A DNA stretch of 64,000 bases. Origin: Escherichia coli. GTDB lineage: Bacteria > Pseudomonadota > Gammaproteobacteria > Enterobacterales > Enterobacteriaceae. Position 1 is the stretch's first letter; each line of letters opens with the position of its first letter. The position numbers and the translations under genes were made by a program. Of the stretch, positions 43,214-55,934 are shown one piece after another. The notes beneath the pieces are model-generated. The model was not told where the DNA came from and did not search any database. It saw nothing but the letters and a program-made list of their open reading frames with translations. The stretch is taken from the NCBI RefSeq assembly GCF_003018255.1, contig NZ_CP027440.1. One strand, 5' to 3'.

Positions 43214-43948
43214 ATGAATTCTTATCTTAAAATATCACTTGCAGGAATAACAATGTTATCCTGCCTGTCACCTACACTAGTCTGTGCAGAACAGCCGCAT
43301 GGATTTATTGATTATCGCCATGAGTATCTTGATGATACTCGCACCCACGCGGACCGCGTTGAATTTGGTACATTTTTTAGTAATGGTATCGGTTTGATGG
43401 GAGAATTACGCTATAACACCGATGAAGGTGATAAAGATAAGTGGGACCCCTCACAATTTGGCAATAACGGAACAGGATTATCTGTTGTTTACCGCTTTAA
43501 GCCGCTGGATGACAAAAAATTCTGGTTAGAACCCATGTTCTGGCTTGATACCACGCAATATTGGTCAACTTACGAATATGGTCTTTCTGCGGGTTATGAC
43601 TTCAGCAAAGAATGGAAAGTTTCAGGTCGGTTTCGTTATGACATGGATAAAGCCACCGATAAATCCAAAGGTTATGGCAACGATGATCGTAATAACCGCC
43701 GTTACGATGTGTGGATCGACTATCGACCACAAAAAACCAACTTCCAATATCAGTTAAACCTGGTCTATTACAATAATGGTTATTTAACCTGGAATGATGG
43801 CCATAAAAACTATACCGCATCATTTAAAGTAGGGTACAAAATGGGATCGTGGATACCCTATATGAGTATTGCGGATTATAAAGGTGTGGATAAAACATCA
43901 AGTAATCGCCAAATCCGCTGGCGCTGGGGTCTGACTTATACTTTCTAA
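43214..43948 (+). CDS. KdgM/NanC-family small outer-membrane porin (244 aa)
   Basis: Signal peptide, about 220-aa mature protein with alternating amphipathic beta-strand pattern rich in Y/W/R/D, C-terminal ...WGLTYTF aromatic terminus; resembles oligogalacturonate/sialic-acid-specific porins. Confidence 0.7.
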   Translation: MNSYLKISLAGITMLSCLSPTLVCAEQPHGFIDYRHEYLDDTRTHADRVEFGTFFSNGIGLMGELRYNTDEGDKDKWDPSQFGNNGTGLSVVYRFKPLDDKKFWLEPMFWLDTTQYWSTYEYGLSAGYDFSKEWKVSGRFRYDMDKATDKSKGYGNDDRNNRRYDVWIDYRPQKTNFQYQLNLVYYNNGYLTWNDGHKNYTASFKVGYKMGSWIPYMSIADYKGVDKTSSNRQIRWRWGLTYTF

Positions 43949-43961
43949 TCTGGAATAAAAA

Positions 43962-44831
43962 ATGAATAATAAATTTAAAATCATTCTCTGGATGATGCTC
44001 TCTGCTCTGCCTGCTTTATCTTACGCACAGGTAAAAAATATAGTTACTGGCGAATATAGTGCGGTCAGTAAAATTATCACAGAAAAGGAAACTCTCTATC
44101 CATCCGATAAGATATTATTGGTTTTTGACATTGATAACACGTTATTAACGAGTGGCACTCGCATTGGCGGTGATATCTGGTATCAATGGCAAACCGATAA
44201 ATTGCCTTTAAAGCCGGATGACTCGCAAAAAGTTCCTTGCCTGTATGAAAATACAATCAGTATGCTTTACGAACTTAGCCCTATGCAGCTTACCGAGCCA
44301 CAGTTACCGACAATGTTAAAACAGTGGCAACAAAAGCATACCGCTTTTGCTCTGACATCCCGTGCACCGGATACTCTCTTTCCGACATTGCGGGAATTAA
44401 AGCGAAACGGCATTGATTTTTCGTCTTCCGCACTCAGGAAGAAAGAGGATACTTTGCCACCCTTTGAAAAAGGGAAACTCAAACGGTCATGGCTGTACAG
44501 CCAGGGGGTATTTTTTTCTTCCGGGCAAGATAAAGGCGTAATTCTCGATTATATGCTGGATAAAATGGGGAACAAATATGACGCGATTGTTTTTATCGAT
44601 GACGGGCAAGCAAACATTCATGCGATGACGAAGATGTTCTCTAAGGATAAATGGTCCTCTACGGATTTTACCATTATTCACTATACCAGAGTGGAGGATG
44701 AGCTTATTAAACAACAAGGTGCAGTAATAACAACTGCACAAGCAGAAAAAATGGCTACGGACTGGAAAACTCTGGCTGGTTCGCTGGCAACACTATTTCC
44801 AGATCGTAATAAACTGTGCCCAATAAAATAA
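43962..44831 (+). CDS. Secreted HAD-superfamily hydrolase/phosphatase-like protein (289 aa)
   Basis: Signal peptide MNNKFKIILWMMLSALPALSYA; HAD motif I DxDxT (VFDIDNTLL) and later FIDDGQAN aspartate motif. Confidence 0.6.
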   Translation: MNNKFKIILWMMLSALPALSYAQVKNIVTGEYSAVSKIITEKETLYPSDKILLVFDIDNTLLTSGTRIGGDIWYQWQTDKLPLKPDDSQKVPCLYENTISMLYELSPMQLTEPQLPTMLKQWQQKHTAFALTSRAPDTLFPTLRELKRNGIDFSSSALRKKEDTLPPFEKGKLKRSWLYSQGVFFSSGQDKGVILDYMLDKMGNKYDAIVFIDDGQANIHAMTKMFSKDKWSSTDFTIIHYTRVEDELIKQQGAVITTAQAEKMATDWKTLAGSLATLFPDRNKLCPIK

Positions 44832-44839
44832 TCAACGAC

Positions 44840-44868
44840 AACCCGGCAAAACACATGTTTGCCGGGTT
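44840..44868. terminator. Hairpin between the island's last gene and parE
   Basis: Seen in sequence: aacccggcaaa-acacatg-tttgccgggtt, 11-bp perfect stem; no strong T-run. Confidence 0.4.
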
Positions 44869-44875
44869 AAGATTA

Positions 44876-46771
<1,896 letters not shown>

Positions 46772-46796
46772 TTAAGTTAGCAATTCGAGTTGATCG

Positions 46797-47378
46797 TCAG
46801 AGATGGTGCAGACCAAGAAAATCGACGATCGGGTTGAAATAATCTTCGAAGCCCGTGAATGCGTGGTTGCCGCCTTCTATGACAGTCTGGCGGCAGGAAG
46901 CGTAGTACGCCACCGCCTGGCGGTAATCCAGCACTTCATCTCCCGTCTGTTGCAGCAGCCAGATCAAATCCGGCGCTTCCAGCGGGTCAATCTGCATGAC
47001 TTTGAGATCGTAAATATGGCGTGACTCTAGCACATATTGCTGCCCGGTGTAGGGGTTCTCGTTCTGACCGAGATAGTCCGTCAGCAGTTCAAACGGGCGC
47101 ACCGCCGGGTTTACCACCACTGCGGGCAGCATAAAACATTGCGACAACCAGGTGGCGTAATATCCCCCCAGTGACGAACCGACAATACCCAGCGAATCGC
47201 CGCCATGTTCCAGGACAATGGATTCCAGCAGTTCTGCCGCATCGGAAGGATACGGCGGCAACTGCGGGATGATCATCTCAACGTCAGGGTGATGTTCCGC
47301 AAGCCAGTTTTTTAACAAGCTCGCTTTTGCAGAGCGCGGCGAGCTGTTGAAACCGTGTAAATAAAGAAGCGTAGACAT
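46797..47378 (-). CDS. yqiA: Esterase YqiA (193 aa)
   Basis: ORF track 193 aa; GSSLGG serine-hydrolase motif; recognised sequence. Confidence 0.9.
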   Translation of the reverse strand: MSTLLYLHGFNSSPRSAKASLLKNWLAEHHPDVEMIIPQLPPYPSDAAELLESIVLEHGGDSLGIVGSSLGGYYATWLSQCFMLPAVVVNPAVRPFELLTDYLGQNENPYTGQQYVLESRHIYDLKVMQIDPLEAPDLIWLLQQTGDEVLDYRQAVAYYASCRQTVIEGGNHAFTGFEDYFNPIVDFLGLHHL

Positions 47379-48205
47379 CAGTAGCCTTCTGAAGCGGTAT
47401 CAGGTTGGAAACGTGTGTCCGCCAGGCGATGCACCTCGGTGGTCAGCGTGCCATCAGCATGTAACTCGAGAGTACGCCAGCCGGGCGCGATGGTGTCCAG
47501 CGTAAAGTTGGAACAGTGCGGCTTAAACTGCACACAGGTCGACGGCGTTGCCAGCAAGCGGCGACCGTTCCAGTCGAGATCCAGCTCCTGATGAATATGA
47601 CCGCACAGCAAGTATTTGACGTGCGGAAACTTCGCCAGCACGGTATCCAGTTCGCCCGCGTTACGCAGGCTGTGTTGATCAAGCCAACTACAACCCGCAG
47701 GTAGCGGATGATGATGCAGCAGCAGCAACGTATGGCGTTCTGGCGCATCGGCCAGTTTACGTTCCAGCCACTCAAGCTGAAACTCGCTCAGCTCACCGTG
47801 CGGCACGCCAAACACCTGGCTATCCAGCAACAGGATTTGCCATTGCTCACCAATAAACACCCGCTTCGCCGGGGAGATACCCGCATCCTGTAACGCGCTG
47901 TACATCGCGGGCTGGAAATCGTGGTTGCCCGGCAGCCAGACGCAGGGCGCACGAAAACTTGCGATGCCTTCAGCGAAATGCTGATAGGCCGCAGAGGATT
48001 GATCCTGCGCTAAATCACCTGTCGCGACAATCAGGTCGAATTCGTGCTGGTGTGGACGAATCGCCTCCAGCACCGCCTGGTAGCTTTCCCAGGTGTTTAC
48101 CCCTAACAGGGCTTCGTGCTTTTGTGCAAACAGGTGAGTGTCGGTAATTTGTAAAATCCTGACTCTGGCCTCACCAGCCAGAGGAAGGGTTAACAGGCTT
48201 TCCAA
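47378..48205 (-). CDS. cpdA: 3',5'-cyclic AMP phosphodiesterase CpdA (275 aa)
   Basis: ORF track 275 aa; metallophosphoesterase motifs (GDLAQD, GNHD); recognised sequence. Confidence 0.93.
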   Translation of the reverse strand: MESLLTLPLAGEARVRILQITDTHLFAQKHEALLGVNTWESYQAVLEAIRPHQHEFDLIVATGDLAQDQSSAAYQHFAEGIASFRAPCVWLPGNHDFQPAMYSALQDAGISPAKRVFIGEQWQILLLDSQVFGVPHGELSEFQLEWLERKLADAPERHTLLLLHHHPLPAGCSWLDQHSLRNAGELDTVLAKFPHVKYLLCGHIHQELDLDWNGRRLLATPSTCVQFKPHCSNFTLDTIAPGWRTLELHADGTLTTEVHRLADTRFQPDTASEGY

Positions 48206-48229
48206 ATGGTGTCCTTAGGTTTCACGACG

Positions 48230-48652
48230 CTAGTAAACCGGAATCGCCATCGCTCCATGTGCTAAACAGTATCGCAACCAGTCCGCTAAAAACTGGTTAA
48301 TTTGATGCTTTTCGTCGCGTTGATGCAACTTTTTATTAGGATAATCATACCGCGCTTTGAAGCGAAAAATCTGCTGGCTTGAACACACTTCAGCCACCAT
48401 CGCGTCATGATACAGACGCACCGTCATTGACGGAAGGCTCCAGTAACTGATCGCGGGCGCAGTCTGTTCTATTGTCACCAGGGTAGTGTATCGGGTCGAT
48501 TCCACAATCGTCAGCCGATATTGTGCGTTTGCCACCTGATAGCTTACAGTTTCGCCGGGTGCGTCATTGCGCGGTAACAAACGGCGCAATTGTGAAAAGT
48601 TCATCTCGCACAGGCGCATCATTTCAGGAAAGTCAGGTGTGTAACGCTTCAT
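48230..48652 (-). CDS. yqiB: DUF1249 protein YqiB (140 aa)
   Basis: ORF track 140 aa; recognised sequence and conserved position between cpdA and nudF. Confidence 0.88.
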
Positions 48653-49282
48653 TTATGCCCACTCATTTTTTAACGCTTGATGATGCAGCTGCAGCCATTG
48701 CAAAGCGATGACCGACGCTGCGTTGTCGATTTTCCCCTCTTCTACCCACTGGTATGCCTGTTCCCGGCTTACCACATGAACGCGAATATCTTCGTTTTCA
48801 TCAGCCAGACCGTGAATACCGCTTGCGGTCGTGGCGTCCACTTCGCCCACCATAATTGACGAACGCTCACTGGTGCCCCCCGGGCTTGCCAGGAAACTTA
48901 ACACCGGTTTGGTCCGTTTGACTATCAGTCCCGCCTCTTCAATCGCTTCGCGACGGGCAACATCTTCCACACTTTCACCCTCTTCAATCATCCCGGCAAC
49001 CATCTCCAGTAGCCAGGGGGTTTCGCTAGTGTCGTACGCGGCAATTCGAATCTGCTCAATCAGCACAACTTCATCACGCACTGGGTCAAAGGGTAGCAAG
49101 ACTGCGGCGTGACCGCGCTCAAAAATTTCCCGCCGTACCTCATGACTCATTTGCCCGTTGAATAGACGATGACGAAATCTATAAAGATCTAATGAAAAAA
49201 AGCCGCGATAAAGTGTTTCTCGTGCAATAATTTCTACATCGTTTTTGCCAAATGTAACGGGCAGGTTGTCTGGCTTAAGCAT
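48653..49282 (-). CDS. nudF: ADP-ribose pyrophosphatase NudF (209 aa)
   Basis: ORF track 209 aa; Nudix box ([22 protein letters not shown]); recognised sequence. Confidence 0.93.
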
Positions 49283-49486
49283 TGTTAATGTCCTGGCACT
49301 AATAGTGAATTAAATGTGAATTTCAGCGACGTTTGACTGCCGTTTGAGCAGTCATGTGTTAAATTGAGGCACATTAACGCCCTATGGCACGTAACGCCAA
49401 CCTTTTGCGGTAGCGGCTTCTGCTAGAATCCGCAATAATTTTACAGTTTGATCGCGCTAAATACTGCTTCACCACAAGGAATGCAA

Positions 49487-50968
49487 ATGAAGAAATTGCT
49501 CCCCATTCTTATCGGCCTGAGCCTTTCTGGTTTCAGTTCGTTGAGCCAGGCCGAGAACCTGATGCAAGTTTATCAGCAAGCACGCCTTAGTAACCCGGAA
49601 TTGCGTAAGTCTGCCGCCGATCGTGATGCTGCCTTTGAAAAAATTAATGAAGCGCGCAGTCCATTACTGCCACAGCTAGGTTTAGGTGCAGATTACACCT
49701 ATAGCAACGGCTACCGCGACGCGAACGGCATCAACTCTAACGCGACCAGTGCGTCCCTGCAGTTAACTCAATCCATTTTTGATATGTCGAAATGGCGTGC
49801 GTTAACGCTGCAGGAAAAAGCAGCTGGGATTCAGGACGTCACGTATCAGACCGATCAACAAACCTTGATCCTCAACACCGCGACCGCTTATTTCAACGTG
49901 TTGAATGCTATTGACGTTCTTTCCTATACACAGGCGCAAAAAGAAGCGATCTACCGTCAATTAGATCAAACCACCCAACGTTTTAACGTGGGCCTGGTAG
50001 CGATCACTGACGTGCAGAACGCCCGCGCACAGTACGATACCGTGCTGGCGAACGAAGTGACCGCACGTAATAACCTTGATAACGCGGTAGAGCAGCTGCG
50101 CCAGATCACCGGTAACTACTATCCAGAACTGGCGGCGCTGAATGTCGAAAACTTTAAAACCGACAAACCACAGCCGGTTAACACGCTGCTGAAAGAAGCC
50201 GAAAAACGCAACCTGTCGCTGTTACAGGCGCGCTTGAGCCAGGACCTGGCGCGCGAGCAAATTCGCCAGGCGCAGGATGGTCACTTACCGACTCTGGATT
50301 TAACGGCTTCTACCGGGATTTCTGACACCTCTTATAGCGGTTCGAAAACCCGTGGTGCCGCTGGTACCCAGTATGACGACAGCAATATGGGCCAGAACAA
50401 AGTTGGCCTGAGCTTCTCGCTGCCGATTTATCAGGGCGGAATGGTTAACTCGCAGGTGAAACAGGCCCAGTACAACTTTGTTGGTGCCAGCGAGCAACTG
50501 GAAAGCGCGCATCGTAGCGTCGTGCAAACCGTACGTTCCTCCTTCAACAACATTAATGCTTCTATCAGTAGCATTAACGCCTACAAACAAGCCGTAGTTT
50601 CCGCTCAAAGCTCATTAGACGCGATGGAAGCGGGTTACTCGGTCGGTACGCGTACCATTGTTGATGTGTTGGATGCGACCACCACGCTGTACAACGCCAA
50701 GCAAGAGCTGGCGAATGCGCGTTATAACTACCTGATTAACCAGTTGAATATTAAATCAGCTCTGGGTACGTTGAACGAGCAGGATCTTCTGGCACTGAAC
50801 AATGCGCTGAGCAAACCGGTTTCCACTAATCCGGAAAACGTTGCCCCGCAAACGCCGGAACAGAATGCTATTGCTGATGGTTATGCGCCTGATAGCCCGG
50901 CACCCGTCGTTCAGCAAACATCCGCACGCACTACCACCAGTAACGGTCATAACCCTTTCCGTAACTGA
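49487..50968 (+). CDS. tolC: Outer membrane channel TolC (493 aa)
   Basis: Track ORF starts at an upstream alternative codon; true start set at MKKLLPILIGLSLSGFSSLSQA signal peptide; recognised sequence. Confidence 0.97.
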   Translation: MKKLLPILIGLSLSGFSSLSQAENLMQVYQQARLSNPELRKSAADRDAAFEKINEARSPLLPQLGLGADYTYSNGYRDANGINSNATSASLQLTQSIFDMSKWRALTLQEKAAGIQDVTYQTDQQTLILNTATAYFNVLNAIDVLSYTQAQKEAIYRQLDQTTQRFNVGLVAITDVQNARAQYDTVLANEVTARNNLDNAVEQLRQITGNYYPELAALNVENFKTDKPQPVNTLLKEAEKRNLSLLQARLSQDLAREQIRQAQDGHLPTLDLTASTGISDTSYSGSKTRGAAGTQYDDSNMGQNKVGLSFSLPIYQGGMVNSQVKQAQYNFVGASEQLESAHRSVVQTVRSSFNNINASISSINAYKQAVVSAQSSLDAMEAGYSVGTRTIVDVLDATTTLYNAKQELANARYNYLINQLNIKSALGTLNEQDLLALNNALSKPVSTNPENVAPQTPEQNAIADGYAPDSPAPVVQQTSARTTTSNGHNPFRN

Positions 50969-51115
50969 TGACGACGACGGGGCTTCGGCCCCGTCTGAAC
51001 GTAAGGCAACGTAAAGATACGGGTTATCTGCCGCATTCTTCCCCCTTCTCGCTTCAATTTCGACCAGCCATCCTCTATTCTGATGGGTATTTACCACTGG
51101 TCCCGGAAGACAAAA

Positions 51116-51787
51116 ATGAAACGGACAAAATCCATACGCCACGCATCGTTCCGCAAAAACTGGAGCGCACGCCATCTGACACCAGTCGCTCTCGCGGTTG
51201 CCACTGTTTTTATGCTGGCTGGCTGTGAAAAGAGTGATGAAACAGTGTCTCTCTATCAAAATGCTGACGACTGTTCAGCTGCAAACCCAGGCAAAAGCGC
51301 CGAATGTACCACCGCGTACAACAATGCGCTGAAAGAAGCCGAACGTACTGCGCCGAAATACGCCACTCGTGAAGACTGTATTGCTGAATTTGGCGAAGGT
51401 CAGTGCCAGCAGGCACCAGCCCAGGCTGGCATGGCACCGGAAAACCAGGCGCAGGCCCAGCAATCCAGCGGGAGTTTCTGGATGCCGCTGATGGCCGGTT
51501 ACATGATGGGTCGTCTGATGGGCGGCGGTGCGGGATTTGCACAGCAGCCGCTGTTCTCCTCGAAAAACCCAGCCAGCCCGGCTTACGGTAAATATACCGA
51601 CGCGACGGGTAAAAACTATGGCGCAGCCCAGCCAGGCCGCACCATGACCGTACCGAAGACAGCCATGGCACCAAAACCGGCGACCACCACTACCGTTACC
51701 CGTGGCGGTTTTGGTGAATCTGTTGCCAAACAAAGCACTATGCAGCGTAGCGCAACCGGCACCTCTTCTCGTTCAATGGGTGGCTGA
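51116..51787 (+). CDS. ygiB: DUF1190 lipoprotein-like protein YgiB (223 aa)
   Basis: Start set at [12 protein letters not shown]; lipobox LAGC; recognised sequence. Confidence 0.88.
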   Translation: MKRTKSIRHASFRKNWSARHLTPVALAVATVFMLAGCEKSDETVSLYQNADDCSAANPGKSAECTTAYNNALKEAERTAPKYATREDCIAEFGEGQCQQAPAQAGMAPENQAQAQQSSGSFWMPLMAGYMMGRLMGGGAGFAQQPLFSSKNPASPAYGKYTDATGKNYGAAQPGRTMTVPKTAMAPKPATTTTVTRGGFGESVAKQSTMQRSATGTSSRSMGG

Positions 51788-51792
51788 TACCG

Positions 51793-52953
51793 ATGGAAAG
51801 AGTCAGTATTACCGAGCGCCCGGACTGGCGTGAGAAAGCCCACGAATACGGTTTCAATTTTCACACCATGTACGGCGAGCCGTACTGGTGTGAAGATGCT
51901 TACTACAAGTTGACCCTCGCCCAGGTTGAAAAGCTGGAAGAAGTCACCGCCGAACTGCACCAGATGTGCCTGAAAGTGGTGGAAAAAGTGATCGCCAGCG
52001 ATGAGCTGATGACCAAATTCCGCATTCCAAAACACACCTGGAGTTTTGTGCGCCAGTCATGGCTGACGCACCAGCCATCGCTTTATTCGCGTCTTGATCT
52101 GGCATGGGATGGCACTGGTGAACCTAAGCTGCTGGAAAATAACGCCGATACGCCAACGTCACTATACGAGGCGGCGTTCTTTCAGTGGATCTGGCTGGAA
52201 GATCAGCTTAACGCCGGTAACTTGCCGGAGGGCAGCGACCAGTTTAACAGTTTGCAAGAAAAGCTGATCGATCGCTTCGTTGAGCTGCGTGAACAGTATG
52301 GCTTCCAGTTGCTGCATCTCACCTGCTGTCGCGACACGGTGGAAGATCGCGGAACCATTCAGTATTTGCAGGACTGCGCGACGGAAGCTGAAATCGCTAC
52401 CGAGTTCCTCTACATCGACGATATCGGGTTAGGTGAAAAAGGTCAGTTCACGGATTTACAGGATCAGGTGATTTCCAACCTGTTCAAGCTGTATCCGTGG
52501 GAATTTATGTTGCGTGAGATGTTCTCCACCAAGCTGGAGGATGCAGGCGTACGCTGGCTGGAACCGGCGTGGAAGAGCATTATCTCCAACAAAGCGCTTC
52601 TACCGCTACTGTGGGAGATGTTCCCGAAACACCCGAACCTGCTGCCCGCTTATTTTGCGGAAGATAATCATCCGCAAATGGAAAAATATGTGGTTAAACC
52701 GATCTTCTCCCGTGAAGGCGCAAACGTGTCGATCATTGAGAACGGCAAAACCATTGAAGCAGCGGAAGGTCCGTATGGCGAAGAAGGGATGATTGTTCAG
52801 CAATTCCACCCGTTACCGAAATTCGGCGACAGCTATATGCTGATTGGTAGCTGGCTGGTGAACGATCAACCTGCCGGAATTGGCATTCGTGAAGACCGTG
52901 CATTGATCACCCAGGATATGTCTCGGTTTTATCCGCATATTTTTGTTGAGTAA
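51793..52953 (+). CDS. ygiC: Glutathionylspermidine-synthase-like ATP-grasp protein YgiC (386 aa)
   Basis: ORF track 386 aa; recognised sequence. Confidence 0.9.
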   Translation: MERVSITERPDWREKAHEYGFNFHTMYGEPYWCEDAYYKLTLAQVEKLEEVTAELHQMCLKVVEKVIASDELMTKFRIPKHTWSFVRQSWLTHQPSLYSRLDLAWDGTGEPKLLENNADTPTSLYEAAFFQWIWLEDQLNAGNLPEGSDQFNSLQEKLIDRFVELREQYGFQLLHLTCCRDTVEDRGTIQYLQDCATEAEIATEFLYIDDIGLGEKGQFTDLQDQVISNLFKLYPWEFMLREMFSTKLEDAGVRWLEPAWKSIISNKALLPLLWEMFPKHPNLLPAYFAEDNHPQMEKYVVKPIFSREGANVSIIENGKTIEAAEGPYGEEGMIVQQFHPLPKFGDSYMLIGSWLVNDQPAGIGIREDRALITQDMSRFYPHIFVE

Positions 52954-53437
52954 TACAGCTTAATATTGCCCCGATAAGCGGGGCAATCTCTTATAATCCA
53001 CCATTCATAATTCCCATCAATATATAAACACATACATATCCAACCTTTATTTAACATTAATACTCAATTTAATGTTAAATCGTCATATGCAAGCGATATT
53101 GTAATTAAAGTAAGTGAATACATCACAACATAACTATTTGATATTATTTAAATACTTTACTTTCATTTCACCAGATTTAAATTTAATAATTCAAAAACAA
53201 TGTTGCAGGGATCACACTACACAGTATTGAACATTGTGATTGATATATTGCCCCCCTACTATCCATTAAACATAAATATTTGTTTCACCGAATAACAACA
53301 TATTTAAAAGAAACACAAAAGCATTCTCACTCTTTATTGAATTAATATTTATATTCACGTAACGAATTTATTAGCACCCTCTCAACAGTCGATATTCATC
53401 ATTATTATATATTTGCGTTATATAAGGAGATATATCC

Positions 53438-55234
53438 ATGTTTGATAAATATAGAAAAACACTCGTAGCCGGAACTGTGGCGATAACCCTGGGTTTGTCA
53501 GCATCGGGGGTGATGGCTGCGGGTTTTAAACCAGCGCCGCCTGCCGGGCAACTGGGTGCGGTCATTGTCGATCCCTACGGCAATGCACCACTGACCGCTT
53601 TGGTTGACTTAGATAGCCATGTTATTTCTGACGTCAAAGTTACCGTCCATGGGAAGGGCGAAAAAGGCGTAGAAATCAGCTATCCCGTGGGTCAGGAATC
53701 ACTAAAAACTTACGATGGTGTACCGATTTTTGGTCTTTATCAGAAATTTGCTAACAAAGTGACCGTTGAGTGGAAAGAAAACGGCAAGGTCATGAAAGAT
53801 GATTATGTGGTGCACACTTCGGCCATCGTCAATAATTACATGGATAACCGCTCTATATCCGATTTACAACAGACCAAAGTTATTAAAGTCGCACCGGGTT
53901 TTGAAGATCGCCTCTATCTGGTTAATACCCACACCTTTACCGCCCAAGGTTCCGATCTCCACTGGCATGGTGAGAAAGATAAAAATGCCGGTATCCTTGA
54001 TGCGGGTCCGGCAACTGGCGCACTCCCTTTTGATATCGCGCCCTTTACTTTCATCGTCGATACCGAAGGTGAATACCGCTGGTGGCTGGATCAAGACACT
54101 TTCTACGATGGTCGTGACCGCGATATCAACAAGCGTGGTTATCTGATGGGTATCCGCGAAACGCCACGCGGCACCTTTACCGCTGTACAAGGTCAGCACT
54201 GGTACGAGTTCGACATGATGGGGCAGGTGCTCGAAGATCACAAACTACCGCGCGGATTTGCTGACGCCACTCATGAGTCCATTGAGACGCCAAATGGCAC
54301 GGTACTGTTGCGCGTAGGTAAGAGTAACTATCGTCGCGATGACGGCGTACACGTCACCACCATTCGTGACCATATCCTCGAAGTTGATAAATCTGGTCGC
54401 GTTGTCGATGTATGGGATCTGACCAAGATCCTCGATCCGAAACGCGATGCACTGCTCGGCGCGCTGGATGCAGGTGCAGTTTGCGTTAACGTTGACCTTG
54501 CCCATGCAGGACAACAGGCAAAACTGGAACCAGATACACCGTTCGGCGACGCGCTGGGTGTAGGGCCAGGCCGCAACTGGGCGCACGTGAACTCTATCGC
54601 CTATGACGCAAAAGATGACTCTATCATCCTCTCCTCTCGCCACCAGGGTGTTGTGAAAATTGGTCGTGATAAGCAAGTGAAATGGATCCTTGCGCCCTCT
54701 AAAGGTTGGGAAAAACCGCTGGCCAGCAAGCTGCTGAAACCGGTTGATGCTAACGGTAAGCCAATTACCTGTAACGAAAATGGCCTGTGCGAAAACTCAG
54801 ACTTCGACTTTACCTACACCCAGCATACCGCCTGGATTTCCAGCAAAGGAACGCTCACCATTTTTGATAATGGCGATGGGCGTCATCTGGAACAACCTGC
54901 CTTACCAACCATGAAATACTCCCGCTTTGTGGAATATAAGATTGATGAGAAGAAAGGCACCGTTCAGCAAGTGTGGGAATACGGTAAAGAACGTGGCTAC
55001 GATTTCTATAGCCCGATTACCTCCATCATTGAATATCAAGCCGACCGTAACACCATGTTTGGCTTCGGTGGTTCTATTCATTTGTTCGATGTCGGGCAGC
55101 CAACCGTCGGTAAGTTGAACGAAATCGATTACAAAACCAAAGAAGTGAAAGTGGAAATCGACGTGCTGTCAGATAAACCCAATCAGACTCACTATCGTGC
55201 ACTGTTAGTCCGTCCACAACAGATGTTCAAATAA
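53438..55234 (+). CDS. assT: Periplasmic aryl-sulfate sulfotransferase AssT (598 aa)
   Basis: 598 aa with signal peptide; recognised as arylsulfotransferase family; followed by a dedicated DsbA-like/DsbB-like pair as in the established assT-dsbL-dsbI operon. Confidence 0.85.
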   Translation: MFDKYRKTLVAGTVAITLGLSASGVMAAGFKPAPPAGQLGAVIVDPYGNAPLTALVDLDSHVISDVKVTVHGKGEKGVEISYPVGQESLKTYDGVPIFGLYQKFANKVTVEWKENGKVMKDDYVVHTSAIVNNYMDNRSISDLQQTKVIKVAPGFEDRLYLVNTHTFTAQGSDLHWHGEKDKNAGILDAGPATGALPFDIAPFTFIVDTEGEYRWWLDQDTFYDGRDRDINKRGYLMGIRETPRGTFTAVQGQHWYEFDMMGQVLEDHKLPRGFADATHESIETPNGTVLLRVGKSNYRRDDGVHVTTIRDHILEVDKSGRVVDVWDLTKILDPKRDALLGALDAGAVCVNVDLAHAGQQAKLEPDTPFGDALGVGPGRNWAHVNSIAYDAKDDSIILSSRHQGVVKIGRDKQVKWILAPSKGWEKPLASKLLKPVDANGKPITCNENGLCENSDFDFTYTQHTAWISSKGTLTIFDNGDGRHLEQPALPTMKYSRFVEYKIDEKKGTVQQVWEYGKERGYDFYSPITSIIEYQADRNTMFGFGGSIHLFDVGQPTVGKLNEIDYKTKEVKVEIDVLSDKPNQTHYRALLVRPQQMFK

Positions 55235-55251
55235 TTAAGAAGGGAATAAAA

Positions 55252-55920
55252 ATGTCGAAATTAGGGATCTCATCACTATTTAAAACCATACTGCTTACCG
55301 CAGCTTTGGCTGTTTCATTTACCGCTTCTGCATTTACCGAAGGCACGGATTACATGGTTCTGGAAAAACCTATTCCGAATGCCGACAAAACGCTGATTAA
55401 GGTATTCAGCTACGCCTGCCCGTTCTGTTACAAGTACGACAAAGCGGTTACCGGTCCGGTATCGGAAAAAGTGAAAGATATCGTTGCTTTCACGCCGTTC
55501 CATCTGGAAACCAAAGGTGAATACGGCAAACAAGCAAGCGAAGTCTTTGCGGTCTTGATCAATAAAGATAAAGCAGCAGGCATTTCCTTATTTGATGCTA
55601 ACTCTCAGTTTAAGAAAGCCAAGTTTGCCTACTACGCGGCTTATCACGACAAAAAAGAACGCTGGTCTGACGGTAAAGATCCGGCTGCTTTTATCAAAAC
55701 CGGTCTGGATGCCGCAGGTATGAGCTTGGCGGATTTTGAAGCTGCACTGAAAGAACCAGCGGTTCAAGAAACACTGGAAAAATGGAAAGCCTCTTATGAT
55801 GTCGCCAAAATCCAGGGGGTTCCAGCCTATGTCGTTAATGGTAAGTACTTGATCTACACCAAGAGCATCAAATCCATCGACGCGATGGCAGACCTTATCC
55901 GTGAGTTAGCAAGCAAATAA
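55252..55920 (+). CDS. dsbL: Periplasmic thiol:disulfide oxidoreductase DsbL (DsbA paralog), 222 aa
   Basis: Signal peptide and thioredoxin-fold active site CPFC; position between assT and the dsbB-like gene. Confidence 0.85.
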
Positions 55921-55934
55921 CAGGGAAACAGGCT

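Larger units (their letters stand above)
29245..44875. other. 15.6-kb accessory genomic island between ygiN and parE (14 genes), absent from K-12 where ygiN and parE are adjacent
   Basis: Inference from remembered K-12 synteny; mosaic GC content seen in sequence; no integrase, transposase or tRNA at the borders. Confidence 0.7.

Noticed and set aside
29245-44875. Calling the ygiN-parE island a mobile element or prophage
   Set aside because: No integrase, transposase, IS ends, tRNA target or phage genes are visible; kept as an accessory island of unknown mobility.
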